NCBI GenBank assembly: GCA_024346625.1
Contig: AP024668.1
Coordinates: 310,001 to 374,000 of the forward strand
DNA length: 64,000 nt
Source: Williopsis jadinii
Taxonomy: Eukaryota
Reading direction: 5' to 3'
Of the stretch, positions 43,294-55,415 are shown in pieces; within the stretch, counting starts at the first letter, position 1, and every line of letters begins with the position of its first letter. Made by a program: the position numbers and the translations under genes. The notes under the pieces are model-generated. The model ran no database searches, had not been told where the DNA came from, and saw only the letters and a program-made list of their open reading frames with translations.

Positions 43294-44133
43294 GATAACG
43301 GTGCTGGAGAGGAGGAGGATGACGATTTTGAACAAGTTGATGATAGGTACGACGACGACGACGATGACGACCTTGAAGAGGATAACGAGAGGGCAGTTGC
43401 TAAGCGTGGCAAACGGAAGTTACAAGTGAAGTTGACGCTGTCGAAAGGAGCAAAGAAAGCCACCAAAGGTGACGGTAAACAGCCCAAGAAGAAGCAGCCC
43501 AAGACCAGAGGTGGTTTCATTAGAGTAGTCCCGAGGATGAGGAGAACTGTGAATACCGTGACGGAGAGACGGCCGACCAGAACCAGCGGACGCTCAACAA
43601 AGAAGACCACGAGCTATGCAGAATCATACGATGACGACTTTGAAGACGAGAGCGAGTACGGCAACGATGAGAACGATGTGATACCAACGCCTGCGCTCGA
43701 CGACGAGGACCTCAGCGAGGACGACGAAGAGGCCACTCCTTCAGCAGACGTCACAAAGATGACCGAGAGACAGAGGGCGATGTTCTTGAGCGAGGAGAGC
43801 GAGACCCCTCAGCCTGCACAGTTGATATCGTTGAGCAACGGTGTAAGCAAGAAGCGTGTGCTATCCGAGGAGGAGAACCAGCTAAGGAAAGCAGAGATTG
43901 CTAGAAAGAGAAAGAATCTATCCGAGAAGAAACTCGAAGAGGAGAAACAGGATACCATCAACAAATTGCTCAAGAGAAGGGCTGGAAAGGCCAGCTCTGC
44001 GCAGTTAGAGGAGGATGAAGAGAACTTACTCAAGGACAAGCCTAGAAGACCGCAGTTGGAGCACAAAGCGTTGTTCACATGGGTCTCTAAAGGGGACTCA
44101 TTAGCGTTGAGAGTACCTGATCCACTTCTTTAA
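43150..44133 (+). CDS. IES2: INO80 complex subunit Ies2 (PAPA-1 domain); true 5' end unresolved
   Basis: Acidic N-terminus; KMTERQRA...EEENQLRKAEIARKRKNLSEKKLEEEKQDTINKLLKRRA; no ATG near the ORF start. Confidence 0.85.
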
Positions 44134-44166
44134 AGGCTTCAATGGCACAGGGATGACTGTACAAAT

Positions 44167-44309
44167 TGTAGGCAGAGTGTAGGCAGAGTGTAGGCAGAGT
44201 GTAGGCAGAGTGTAGGCAGAGTGTAGGCAGAGTGTAGGCAGAGTGTAGGCAGAGCGTAGGCAGAGCGTAGGCAGAGTGTAGGCAGAGCGTAGGCAGAGCG
44301 TAGGCAGAG
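44167..44309. repeat. 11-bp minisatellite (YGTAGGCAGAG) x13
   Basis: 143 bp of TGTAGGCAGAG/CGTAGGCAGAG units between IES2 and the MFG1-like gene. Confidence 0.97.
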
Positions 44310-44485
44310 TGTACGTCCTTTCCTACCGCGCTCCTTCGGCGTGCGCCGCCAGCGAGCGAACGTGGAAAAACACAAAAGCGAGCCGACCGCCGGTGTTTTT
44401 GGAGCTGGGAGAACAGTGAGGGCATATTGATAGGTTTGGCAGCTGTTGAACGAGCTTGAGGTACAGGGAAGAAGTACACAGAACG

Positions 44486-46813
<2,328 letters not shown>

Positions 46814-47728
46814 CACAGCCATGCAAACGCTCTTCACGCCATAGCCACCCACTTTTAGCACGTATTATACACCAAATCATCAATATAAGAGCGCTTTGAG
46901 GTATAACCCCCATAGTAACACACACCAACGTCTGAACCCTTTATGACGTAATGAGCGGAACAAATCATAACGGTGCTAAACTGGCCGTACCGATTAAGGC
47001 ACCACCCGCACACAAGGCGAAAACCACACAAAACACACCGAAAACACACGACGTCATAGAAGGAAAGGAGGGCCATTTCAAGCCAAAAAAAAACCATCGT
47101 TGAAACGCTGAGAGGCACAGAGAAGGAGATTGGCCTGCAAATAGCAACAGACAACGTCACATCAAAGAGGTTGTACTAATAACCTTGCACTCGTCTAAGA
47201 AACGAAAGAGCGACACACAGAGAGAACAACACCCTCCCGTCACTCAACACTGCACCTCACAAACATCCTGTTCGTTCACTTTTGGTTATACAAGTTGTGT
47301 GCCGTGACGTTTAGCCGCCACACCACCTGTCCATAACCGCCTACCCACACCTACACATCGCTTTCGCTAGAGACAAGTGGTTGGAAGTCCGATCAACTCG
47401 CCCATAACAAGCCGTGTATACACCCGTATAGTGTCTTTTTTGTTTGTTTGTGAACCGCCCGCTGTGACCTGAGCGTGCCGCCATAACGAACAAGAAGAAG
47501 TGTTGATCTTTTAAAGGTACGAATTGTACGAAAAAAGGTTACAAAAGGGATCCAGATCGACGACACAGGCGTTTCGACCTCTTGGGAAGTTTGTCTGACC
47601 GTTCCGCCGCCGCCGCTTTGGTTTTATTTTTGGAAAGTGCCACCACATCGTGAACAGGCACCGCTTGCTATTGTTCTCAACAGAGCTCTCTACAACACAC
47701 AGGCTATTGGCCCAGAACACGAACGAGT

Positions 47729-48121
47729 ATGGAAGATTCTATCAATTGGACGATCTTCAACGAGCTGTTGCTCATGGACGAGGACGAACCTGGGTTCTCC
47801 AAATCGCTGATCCAGACGTTCATAGAGCAGGCCACGCAGACCTTCGAGTCCATAGAGACGGAGCTCGAGGCTGAGGAGCCCGATCTGAACAAGCTGTCAC
47901 AGTATGGACACTTCCTGAAGGGCTCTGCCGCAAGCCTGGGACTGTTCAGGATACAGGAGCAGTGTGAGCGGATCCAGAACTACGGGCTGAAGAAGGACTT
48001 TGACGATGGTGTCAAAGATGAGAAGTGGAGCGAAGCTATAAAACAGGCGCTGGAAAGGGCGAGACAAGAGTTTGAGGCTGCGAGAGAGGAGCTGAGCCAG
48101 TTTTACAAGGAGAGCCTCTGA
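47729..48121 (+). CDS. YPD1: Histidine phosphotransfer protein (HPt)
   Basis: INWTIFNELLLMDEDEPGFSK...GHFLKGSAASLGL...CERIQNYG. Confidence 0.96.
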   Translation: MEDSINWTIFNELLLMDEDEPGFSKSLIQTFIEQATQTFESIETELEAEEPDLNKLSQYGHFLKGSAASLGLFRIQEQCERIQNYGLKKDFDDGVKDEKWSEAIKQALERARQEFEAAREELSQFYKESL

Positions 48122-48272
48122 AGGCGTTGTGCTCTGAAGACTGCAAGAAAGAATCGTGTAAAATGTTGGGGTTTCGTATTAGTTTTATTTTGATCTTTTT
48201 GTTTACTTTGAATTTGAATGTTAGAGCTGACTTGCACGTAAGTATAGCACCGCAGGCTTGTGCGATGCCACG

Positions 48273-49853
48273 TCAGAGGTCTGGATCAACAAGGTCCCCC
48301 ATGTGCTTCCCCGTGAGGAACTTGACGCCTCTGATGCTCTCCGGAAGGTACTCCTGTTTAACATTGCCATCGACGAAATTGGGGTTGTACTTGTACTCCT
48401 TACCATAGTCCAGCTCCTTCATCAGCTTTGTCGGAGCGTTTCTCAGGTGTAGGGGGATTTGTAGGCTGGAGCCTCGTTCATGGACCAACCGTTTGCACTG
48501 GTTCCAGCCTCTGTATATTTCAACGCTCTTTGGAGCTCTTGCCAGCTTCACAGCGCAGTGAACCAGGGCTAAGTCGGCCTCTGGTAAGCCAACCTTCGTG
48601 ACGGCTTCATACGCTGCAATGGCGAAAGGTAAACACGAATCGTCCAATACGCCAATGTCCTCTGATGCGATCCGAATCATCCTTCTTGCAATGTACAAGG
48701 GGTCTTCGCCTCCTTCCAACATCAGCCCCAGATACCACATGGCGGCATCCGGGTCAGAGCCTCGGATGCTCTTGTGAAACGCCGATATCGTGTCGTAGTG
48801 GAAGTCGCCAGTCTTGTCATAGATCATATGAGATTTGGCCAACAAGGGCTTCAGCATGTCCTTGGTGATGATTCCCTGAGGAGCATGGAAGTGAGAATCG
48901 AGTAACTCCAACAACGTTATGGCGATCCTGGAGTCTCCAGACGAGACGTCAGCAATGTAGTCGATGGAGTCCTTCGACAAGTTCAACAGCGGCTTGTCAA
49001 AGACAAACTTCCGACATTTGTTGAGGAGCAGCACACCTCTATGGATGATCCTGTAGAGGTCGTCAGTGGACATGGCGGTGAGTGTGAATACTTTGCACCT
49101 GGACAACAAGGCATTGTTCAGCTTGAAACTTGGATTCTCCGTGGTGGCGCCAATCAGGATCACGTCTCCCTTCTCGACAAAGGGCAAGAAGTAGTCCTGT
49201 TGAGACTTGTTGAACCTGTGGATCTCATCACAGAACACGATGGTCCTTCTCTTCGTCAAGAAGTACTCCTTCTGAGTCGATTCGAAGATCTTCTTCAGCT
49301 CTTGAATGCCACTTGTAGTGGCGTTGATCTCAACGAACCGCTGGCTCGTGGAGTGCGCAATGATCCTGGCTATGGTGGTTTTACCCACACCAGGAGGACC
49401 CCACAGGATCATCGAGGGAATACAATCCCGCTCTATAAACCCTCTGAGTAAACCGTGAGGTCCCAGAAGCTCCTTCTGTCCAATGTACTCATCCAGCGTG
49501 GAAGGCCGTAGTCGTTCACTCAGCGGGACGTTCATCTGTTGTCTGAGCCGTTTAATCTCGAGCTCCTTCTCGTCAATCTTGGGCTTCTTAACGACAGCTT
49601 TACCATCCTCAACCTTCACCTTCTTCAGAACCTGAACTGACGAGGGTTTAGCATCCTCTTTACCATCGCCCTGTTCATTATCAACCTCCTCATCATCCAC
49701 AATGACCACCGCACCATCTGAGCTGGCGTGCTTCCGCTTCAACCCCACGAGAATATTCGACTGTTTACCGTTCTTGGGCTTCTCACAGGAGTCCAAGTGG
49801 TCATTTATAAGGGAAATGTCCATGGATCTACCACATATTGGACACTGAACCAT
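48273..49853 (-). CDS. MGS1: DNA-dependent AAA+ ATPase (MgsA/WRNIP1)
   Basis: N-terminal UBZ CPIC...HLDSC, GPPGVGKTT, DEIHRF, GATTENPSF, ISAFHKSIRGSD. Confidence 0.96.
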   Translation of the reverse strand: MVQCPICGRSMDISLINDHLDSCEKPKNGKQSNILVGLKRKHASSDGAVVIVDDEEVDNEQGDGKEDAKPSSVQVLKKVKVEDGKAVVKKPKIDEKELEIKRLRQQMNVPLSERLRPSTLDEYIGQKELLGPHGLLRGFIERDCIPSMILWGPPGVGKTTIARIIAHSTSQRFVEINATTSGIQELKKIFESTQKEYFLTKRRTIVFCDEIHRFNKSQQDYFLPFVEKGDVILIGATTENPSFKLNNALLSRCKVFTLTAMSTDDLYRIIHRGVLLLNKCRKFVFDKPLLNLSKDSIDYIADVSSGDSRIAITLLELLDSHFHAPQGIITKDMLKPLLAKSHMIYDKTGDFHYDTISAFHKSIRGSDPDAAMWYLGLMLEGGEDPLYIARRMIRIASEDIGVLDDSCLPFAIAAYEAVTKVGLPEADLALVHCAVKLARAPKSVEIYRGWNQCKRLVHERGSSLQIPLHLRNAPTKLMKELDYGKEYKYNPNFVDGNVKQEYLPESIRGVKFLTGKHMGDLVDPDL

Positions 49854-50023
49854 AGTCCTCGCTCCTCGGTGTCTCGGTGTATAAAGACGCGAGACATTTG
49901 TCTATCTACATTTTTCATTTTGGCCTCTTATCACCGCGACAACTGGTGCGGCCTTAACTGGATAATTAATACCGACACTACACAGGTTTAAACCATGGAG
50001 AGATATATCCAATTGCGGGTTGT

Positions 50024-50920
50024 TTACTCGTACAGCTCACTAATCACACCCAGGGAGTCGGCAATGTAGTCTGGAACACCGGACTCGAAGGCTCCCTTTT
50101 CAGTCTCGATACCTGTTAGGACCAGCAGAGTTGACAGGCCACCATCTTTGCCGAACTTCATGTCGGTGTTCAGACGGTCACCAACCATTATACATCTCTT
50201 TCTATCTAAACCTTTATCGCTGACGATGGCATCCAGCATGTTCTGAGACGGTTTGCCGCACGCTGTTGGCGTACGGCCACTGGCATACGCCACGGATTCG
50301 ATACACGAGCCTGCACCTGGTAGGATCATACCTTTTTGAGGGAAGGTTGAGTCGATGTTTGTAGCGATGAAATGGACGTCTGGGTTCAGCAGGTACTGAA
50401 GTGCAATGGCACTTCTGTGGTAGTTCATCCCGGTGTCCAATCCTGCCACGACGGCACCAACTTTTGGATCCAATGGTAAGAAGGGAGTGGTGGATGCGCT
50501 GAATTTCTCATTCAAACGCTCATCTGTGCCACCAAGGCACTCGTATCCCAACTCCTCCAACTCCTCAACGATACCGGATTCACCATAGACCCAGACCTTG
50601 GAATCTTTTGGCAATTGGACAAATTTATCCAAATAAGTAGCAGCAGCATACGCAGAGCCGAAAACTTCCTCCTTTGTAGCGTCGTAGCCAAACTGGGCAA
50701 ACTTCTGTGTGTATGTCTTTCTCGATTTCGTCGAGTTGTTGGTGACGAATATGACCTGCTTGTTCAGCGATCTCAAGAGCTTCAAAGTTTCAATGGCTCC
50801 AGGGATAACATGGGAGCCTAACCATATCACTCCATCGCAGTCAAAGATGAAGGTATCGTGTTCATCGAGGATCTGTTTGATCTGTTCTTTGGAAGTGACT
50901 TTAACCGGCGAGTTTGTCAT
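50024..50920 (-). CDS. PHO13: HAD-IIA 4-nitrophenylphosphatase / metabolite-repair phosphatase
   Basis: FDCDGVIW, VTNNSTKSR, GKPS, MVGDRLNTDMKFG. Confidence 0.95.
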   Translation of the reverse strand: MTNSPVKVTSKEQIKQILDEHDTFIFDCDGVIWLGSHVIPGAIETLKLLRSLNKQVIFVTNNSTKSRKTYTQKFAQFGYDATKEEVFGSAYAAATYLDKFVQLPKDSKVWVYGESGIVEELEELGYECLGGTDERLNEKFSASTTPFLPLDPKVGAVVAGLDTGMNYHRSAIALQYLLNPDVHFIATNIDSTFPQKGMILPGAGSCIESVAYASGRTPTACGKPSQNMLDAIVSDKGLDRKRCIMVGDRLNTDMKFGKDGGLSTLLVLTGIETEKGAFESGVPDYIADSLGVISELYE

Positions 50921-51081
50921 TTTGACTCTATACAGCACTCTATAAGTGTGGAACTAGGGGGCAATGCAGGAGAACAAGTGTATTTTCAGTGAGCAAGGGA
51001 GCGTTTTATCCTAAATAGCTAAATCTTCTCTCTTCATGTCTGCAGCATCCGATGGCATCCACCAACGGCTTATAGATTTCC

Positions 51082-51158
51082 ACACCCAGACACCTAAACA
51101 TCTGAACACCCAGATACCCAGACACCCAAACACCCATACACCCGTACACCCGAACACC
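51082..51158. repeat. Degenerate 8-bp repeat (ACACCCRN) x~9.5 containing Rap1-consensus sites
   Basis: ACACCCAG ACACCTAA ACATCTGA ACACCCAG ATACCCAG ACACCCAA ACACCCAT ACACCCGT ACACCCGA ACACC. Confidence 0.85.
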
Positions 51159-51260
51159 AGTGCTCTTCCTCTTCAGGGGGGAAAGAAGGGAAAAAACCAC
51201 ATGAAAGCAGACGACGAATCAAAACAGAGCCAATACTCAGAGCCCACACCTCACGAGAAA

Positions 51261-51611
51261 ATGCCACAAGACTTGCCACCAGCAGCAGGCTATTCGCCAG
51301 TGCAATGGAAACGTAACTTACCTTCAAGAGGGTTCAGACCAAAAGTTTTCCTTCTAATTATCGGGTCCATCGTTGGCTGGGGCTGGTACAGGGCCATTGC
51401 CGGTATCCAGGAACGTAGAGAGCTTACAAGGGAGAAGATGTGGACCAGAATCCACCTGATGCCGCTGTTGATAGCCGAGCAGGACAGGGACAACGTGAGA
51501 AGAGTCTACGCGGACAAGCAGAGAGTCAAGGACATTGTTGGTGAAGACGAGGCCAGCGTCTACAACGACGACAAGTTCAGAACACCAGGCTTCCACTGGG
51601 CGGGAAAGTGA
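51261..51611 (+). CDS. Complex I accessory subunit NDUFA13/GRIM-19 (NB6M/B16.6)
   Basis: MPQDLPPAAGYSPVQWKRNLPSRGF, one TM, REKMWTRIHLMPLLIAEQDR. Confidence 0.92.
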   Translation: MPQDLPPAAGYSPVQWKRNLPSRGFRPKVFLLIIGSIVGWGWYRAIAGIQERRELTREKMWTRIHLMPLLIAEQDRDNVRRVYADKQRVKDIVGEDEASVYNDDKFRTPGFHWAGK

Positions 51612-51944
51612 GGAGGCGGCGGTACCGCTTCCTCTCACCCTCAGCAACACACTATTTATTCCTTTGAGCATTGCCAAACACTTATTTATTTATTTATATG
51701 CGTATACATATCTAACATTCCCCTTTTTGCCATGTGCTAGCGTACGCCGTCCCGTAGTGAGCGAGTCGCTTGACGAGGCCGTGGTGGGTAAAAAAAAACA
51801 TATACACATCACGTACAATATACACGCCAAAAGTATACACCAAAGGCCCATCACCAGGTACCTCAACGGTATAAAAAACATCTTCCCCGGCTCTCTCTGG
51901 AAAAAACACATCACGAGCGAAAACAACGGACAACAGAGGGCACG

Positions 51945-53606
51945 ATGGTTATGCAATTGGCCGCGCTAGTCCTCACCAGGGCCCTGGACGTGCTCTTCAC
52001 GCCCATTCCCGACTGCGATGAGGTGTTCAACTACTACGAGCCCCTCCACTTCCTCGTCCGTGGCTTTGGCAAGCGGACCTGGGAGTACTCGCCAGAGTAC
52101 GCCATAAGATCGTGGGCGTACTTGGTGCCATACGCGGTGTCGAGCTGGGCCATGCCTTTGATCACCGACCGTCTCAAGCTGCTACCACCGTACGCCACGT
52201 TCTACGTCCTGAGGTGTGTGGTTGTGTCCTTCTCTGTGTATGCTGAGTACCACATGTTCACCTCGCTGAGGAGACACAGCGCCTCTTTGGCGAATTGGTA
52301 CCTGTTGATGTCAACAGTGAGCACTGGCATGGCACACGCCTCCGTCGCGCTGTTGCCGTCAGCATGGGCCATGAACTGCTGTCTGCTGGCGTCGTCGAAC
52401 TTCGTGCGCTGGCTATACACGAGATCCAACAGGAATGCGCTGCTGATATCGTCGTGGTTGTTCATAGGCGCCATCTTCGGATGGCCCTTTGTTGGCGTGT
52501 TGGGGCTGCCGCCGCTGGTGTACATCGCCACCGTGCAATGGAACACGCCCAAGCTGTCGCAGTACGTCAAGTGGTCTGTTGCGATCGGGTTCATCTACCT
52601 GGCGGCGTCCATGGAGGTAGACTTCTTCTTCTACGGGAAGACCCTCGTGGTGCCGCTGAACATCGTCCTCTACAACGTGATCTACGCGGATGAGACGTCT
52701 GGGCCAAACATCTTTGGCGTGGAGCCCGTCTCGTACTACATCAACAACATCCTCTTGAACTTCAACGTGGTTGCCGTGTTGGCGGCGGCCTCCCCGGCGC
52801 TCATCGCCGCCGCCGCCATCATCACCAAGAGGACCGTGTACCTGGGCTTCCTTGCTGGTATCACGCTGCCGCTCGTGCTGTGGTGCTGGATATTCTTCTT
52901 GCAACCTCACAAGGAGGAGAGGTTCTTGTACCCGGTGTATGGGCTGATCAACGCCTCTGGCGCGTTCTCCCTCTCCTGTGTCCTCACGTCCATGAAGACC
53001 GCGCTACATGCTCTGTTCAAGAGACGTGTAGTGAAGGTGCTCTACCGCGCTGTTGTTGTTGGCGTCACGGCGTTGTTGTTTGTTGTTTCGACGCTTAGAA
53101 ACGTTGCCTTCGTAGTGAACTACGGCGCTCCACTGACAACGTACCGAGAGATCCCAGCAGACGCAACAGGCAACCTGTGCCTCACCAGGGAATGGTACAG
53201 GTTCCCGTCGTCGTTCTTCTTGCCAGACACGTTGAGGCTGAGATTCGTCAAGTCTGAGTTCAACGGGCTGTTGCCTGGCGACTTCAACGAGGAACAGTGG
53301 CTGTTGCAAAGCGTGCAAGAAGAACCGCAGGGCATGAACAACAAGAACCTGTACGACGAAGGCAAGGTGATCGATATCTCACACTGCGATTATGCCATCG
53401 ATATCGACCAAGGTGTTTCGCCAGAGGAGTATTCATTCACAAACTCAAGTGAATGGCAACTGCTGTTCAGTTCACCATTCCTCAACAACGAGAAAAGCTC
53501 TGGCGTGGGCAAATATCTATGGCTGCCAACGTCTCTCCATGGAGAGACACAGACTCACCTGGTCCACCATGGGTATAACCTTTACAAGAGAATCACTACA
53601 GAATGA
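51945..53606 (+). CDS. ALG9: Alpha-1,2-mannosyltransferase
   Basis: IPDCDEVFNYYEPLH, TWEYSPEYAIRSW, QPHKEERFLYP, REWYRFPSSFFLP. Confidence 0.96.
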   Translation: MVMQLAALVLTRALDVLFTPIPDCDEVFNYYEPLHFLVRGFGKRTWEYSPEYAIRSWAYLVPYAVSSWAMPLITDRLKLLPPYATFYVLRCVVVSFSVYAEYHMFTSLRRHSASLANWYLLMSTVSTGMAHASVALLPSAWAMNCCLLASSNFVRWLYTRSNRNALLISSWLFIGAIFGWPFVGVLGLPPLVYIATVQWNTPKLSQYVKWSVAIGFIYLAASMEVDFFFYGKTLVVPLNIVLYNVIYADETSGPNIFGVEPVSYYINNILLNFNVVAVLAAASPALIAAAAIITKRTVYLGFLAGITLPLVLWCWIFFLQPHKEERFLYPVYGLINASGAFSLSCVLTSMKTALHALFKRRVVKVLYRAVVVGVTALLFVVSTLRNVAFVVNYGAPLTTYREIPADATGNLCLTREWYRFPSSFFLPDTLRLRFVKSEFNGLLPGDFNEEQWLLQSVQEEPQGMNNKNLYDEGKVIDISHCDYAIDIDQGVSPEEYSFTNSSEWQLLFSSPFLNNEKSSGVGKYLWLPTSLHGETQTHLVHHGYNLYKRITTE

Positions 53607-53705
53607 AGTTCAAATAACACTCTCTAATATACAGTCCCAGAATGGACGAGACTCCACACACACCATCTATGATAGAGCACGAGGAACATCCGATCAGGTG
53701 TATCA

Positions 53706-54995
53706 TCAGTTGACTGGCTTGTGCAACATGGACTCTCTACCTGGACCGGTACCGACCCATTCGACTGGAACCTCGACAAACTTCTCAATGAACTCTAGGT
53801 ACTTCTTTGCATTCTCTGGCAACTCATCGTATGATTTGATCTTGGTGATGTCTTGGTTCCAGCCTGGCAAGGTTTCGTAGACCACCTCGACCTTACCCAA
53901 ATCGATCAAATCCTCTGGGAAGGAGCTCAAGGTCTTGCCGTTCAAGGTGTAAGCCACACCAACCTGGATCTCCTTGAAGGTGTCCAAGACGTCCAATTTG
54001 GTAATGTTCAACGAGGTGTAGCCGTTGATCATTGTTGAGTACTTGAGGACAACGAGGTCCAACCAGCCACAACGACGCTTTCTACCGGTGGTGACACCGT
54101 ATTCAGCACCAATGGTCTGCAGCTTCTCACCGTCATCGTTCAACTGTTCAGTTGGGAATGGACCTTCACCGACACGGGTTGTGTAGGCCTTGACGACACC
54201 GTAGATGTTTCTAATGGCCCTTGGTGGGATACCCAATCCCGTGATGACACCACCAACACCAGTGTTGGATGAAGTGACATAAGGATACGTACCGAAATCG
54301 ATATCCAGCATGAGTGCGTTGGCACCTTCAACGAGGATCTTCTTCTTCTCCTTGATGGCCGTGTGGATGAAGTCCACGGAGTCAACGACAAATGGCTTCA
54401 ATTCCTCCTTGTACTTCTTGTAACGTGCCAGTTCACCCTCCACGTCGTAGTCGAAATCACCATATCTCGCCTGTCTAGTGGCAACGAGACGTCTGTACTT
54501 GGCTTCAAACTCTTCCCAGGCACCAGCGTTGTCGTTCACCAGGTGGTGCACTCTGAGACCCGATCTCGACGCCTTTGTCGAGTACGTTGGGCCAATACCC
54601 TTACCCGTGGTACCGATGGACTTCTTGTTACCAGACAACTCAGCCTCTCTCAGCTTGTCCGTTCTCTGGTGGAAGTCAAACACCAAATGGGCCCTCGACG
54701 AGACAAACAGACGGTCTCTCCCGTGCAGGCCCTTGGCCTCCAAGTTCTCCAGCTCCTGGAAGAAAGAGGGAACGTGGATCACAACACCGTTACCAACCAA
54801 GTTCAGGCACTTGGGATTTACCAGCCCACTAGGCAGCATGTGGAAGTCGTACTTGACTCCATCAACAACAATCGTATGGCCGGCGTTGTTACCACCGGCA
54901 CAACGTGCACACACGTCAATGTCATCGCACAGCAGATCCACCAGCTTGCCTTTACCCTCATCTCCCCATTGGGAGCCTAAGACAACGTCACACAT
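53706..54995 (-). CDS. ADE12: Adenylosuccinate synthetase
   Basis: [55 protein letters not shown]. Confidence 0.98.
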   Translation of the reverse strand: MCDVVLGSQWGDEGKGKLVDLLCDDIDVCARCAGGNNAGHTIVVDGVKYDFHMLPSGLVNPKCLNLVGNGVVIHVPSFFQELENLEAKGLHGRDRLFVSSRAHLVFDFHQRTDKLREAELSGNKKSIGTTGKGIGPTYSTKASRSGLRVHHLVNDNAGAWEEFEAKYRRLVATRQARYGDFDYDVEGELARYKKYKEELKPFVVDSVDFIHTAIKEKKKILVEGANALMLDIDFGTYPYVTSSNTGVGGVITGLGIPPRAIRNIYGVVKAYTTRVGEGPFPTEQLNDDGEKLQTIGAEYGVTTGRKRRCGWLDLVVLKYSTMINGYTSLNITKLDVLDTFKEIQVGVAYTLNGKTLSSFPEDLIDLGKVEVVYETLPGWNQDITKIKSYDELPENAKKYLEFIEKFVEVPVEWVGTGPGRESMLHKPVN

Positions 54996-55415
54996 TGTTC
55001 AATCGAGAAGGACGAAATAGAACGGTTTTCTGTAATGAATGAACGAACAATTCGTTAAACCAAACACCAGCTCAAAAGAGCCAAAGCAGCGGTGGGAAGA
55101 TGCCCATTTGGCGTGAAGAATTTTCCCTTTAAAAGCTGCGGTTGCCGGCTGCCAGCTGCCAAAGCGGGAGTTTCCGGGCCATTGAGTCATATGTGTGGCG
55201 CGTACCAGGGTGGGCAGGCGTGTGGTCTAGGGACGGGACTAGCGGGACTAGGGGGACTGGTCTAGGCTGTGTTTCGAGATTGTCAGTCTTTTTTTTCTTG
55301 TCGTTTCGGTCTAGTCCCACAGCGGCACAATTTTTCCTTCAACATCACAGCTTGGGCTACTCGAGCTACCTCTTGTTTGGCCAGTTGGAGGACAACAAGG
55401 CCGCTTCAGAGGGAG

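Noticed and set aside
44087..44479. ORFs with LHSAYTLPTLC repeats
   Set aside because: Translations of the 11-bp minisatellite
51082..51158. Telomerase RNA template
   Set aside because: Lies in a ~340-bp divergent promoter, too small for a yeast telomerase RNA, and is a degenerate multi-copy array rather than a 1.5-repeat template
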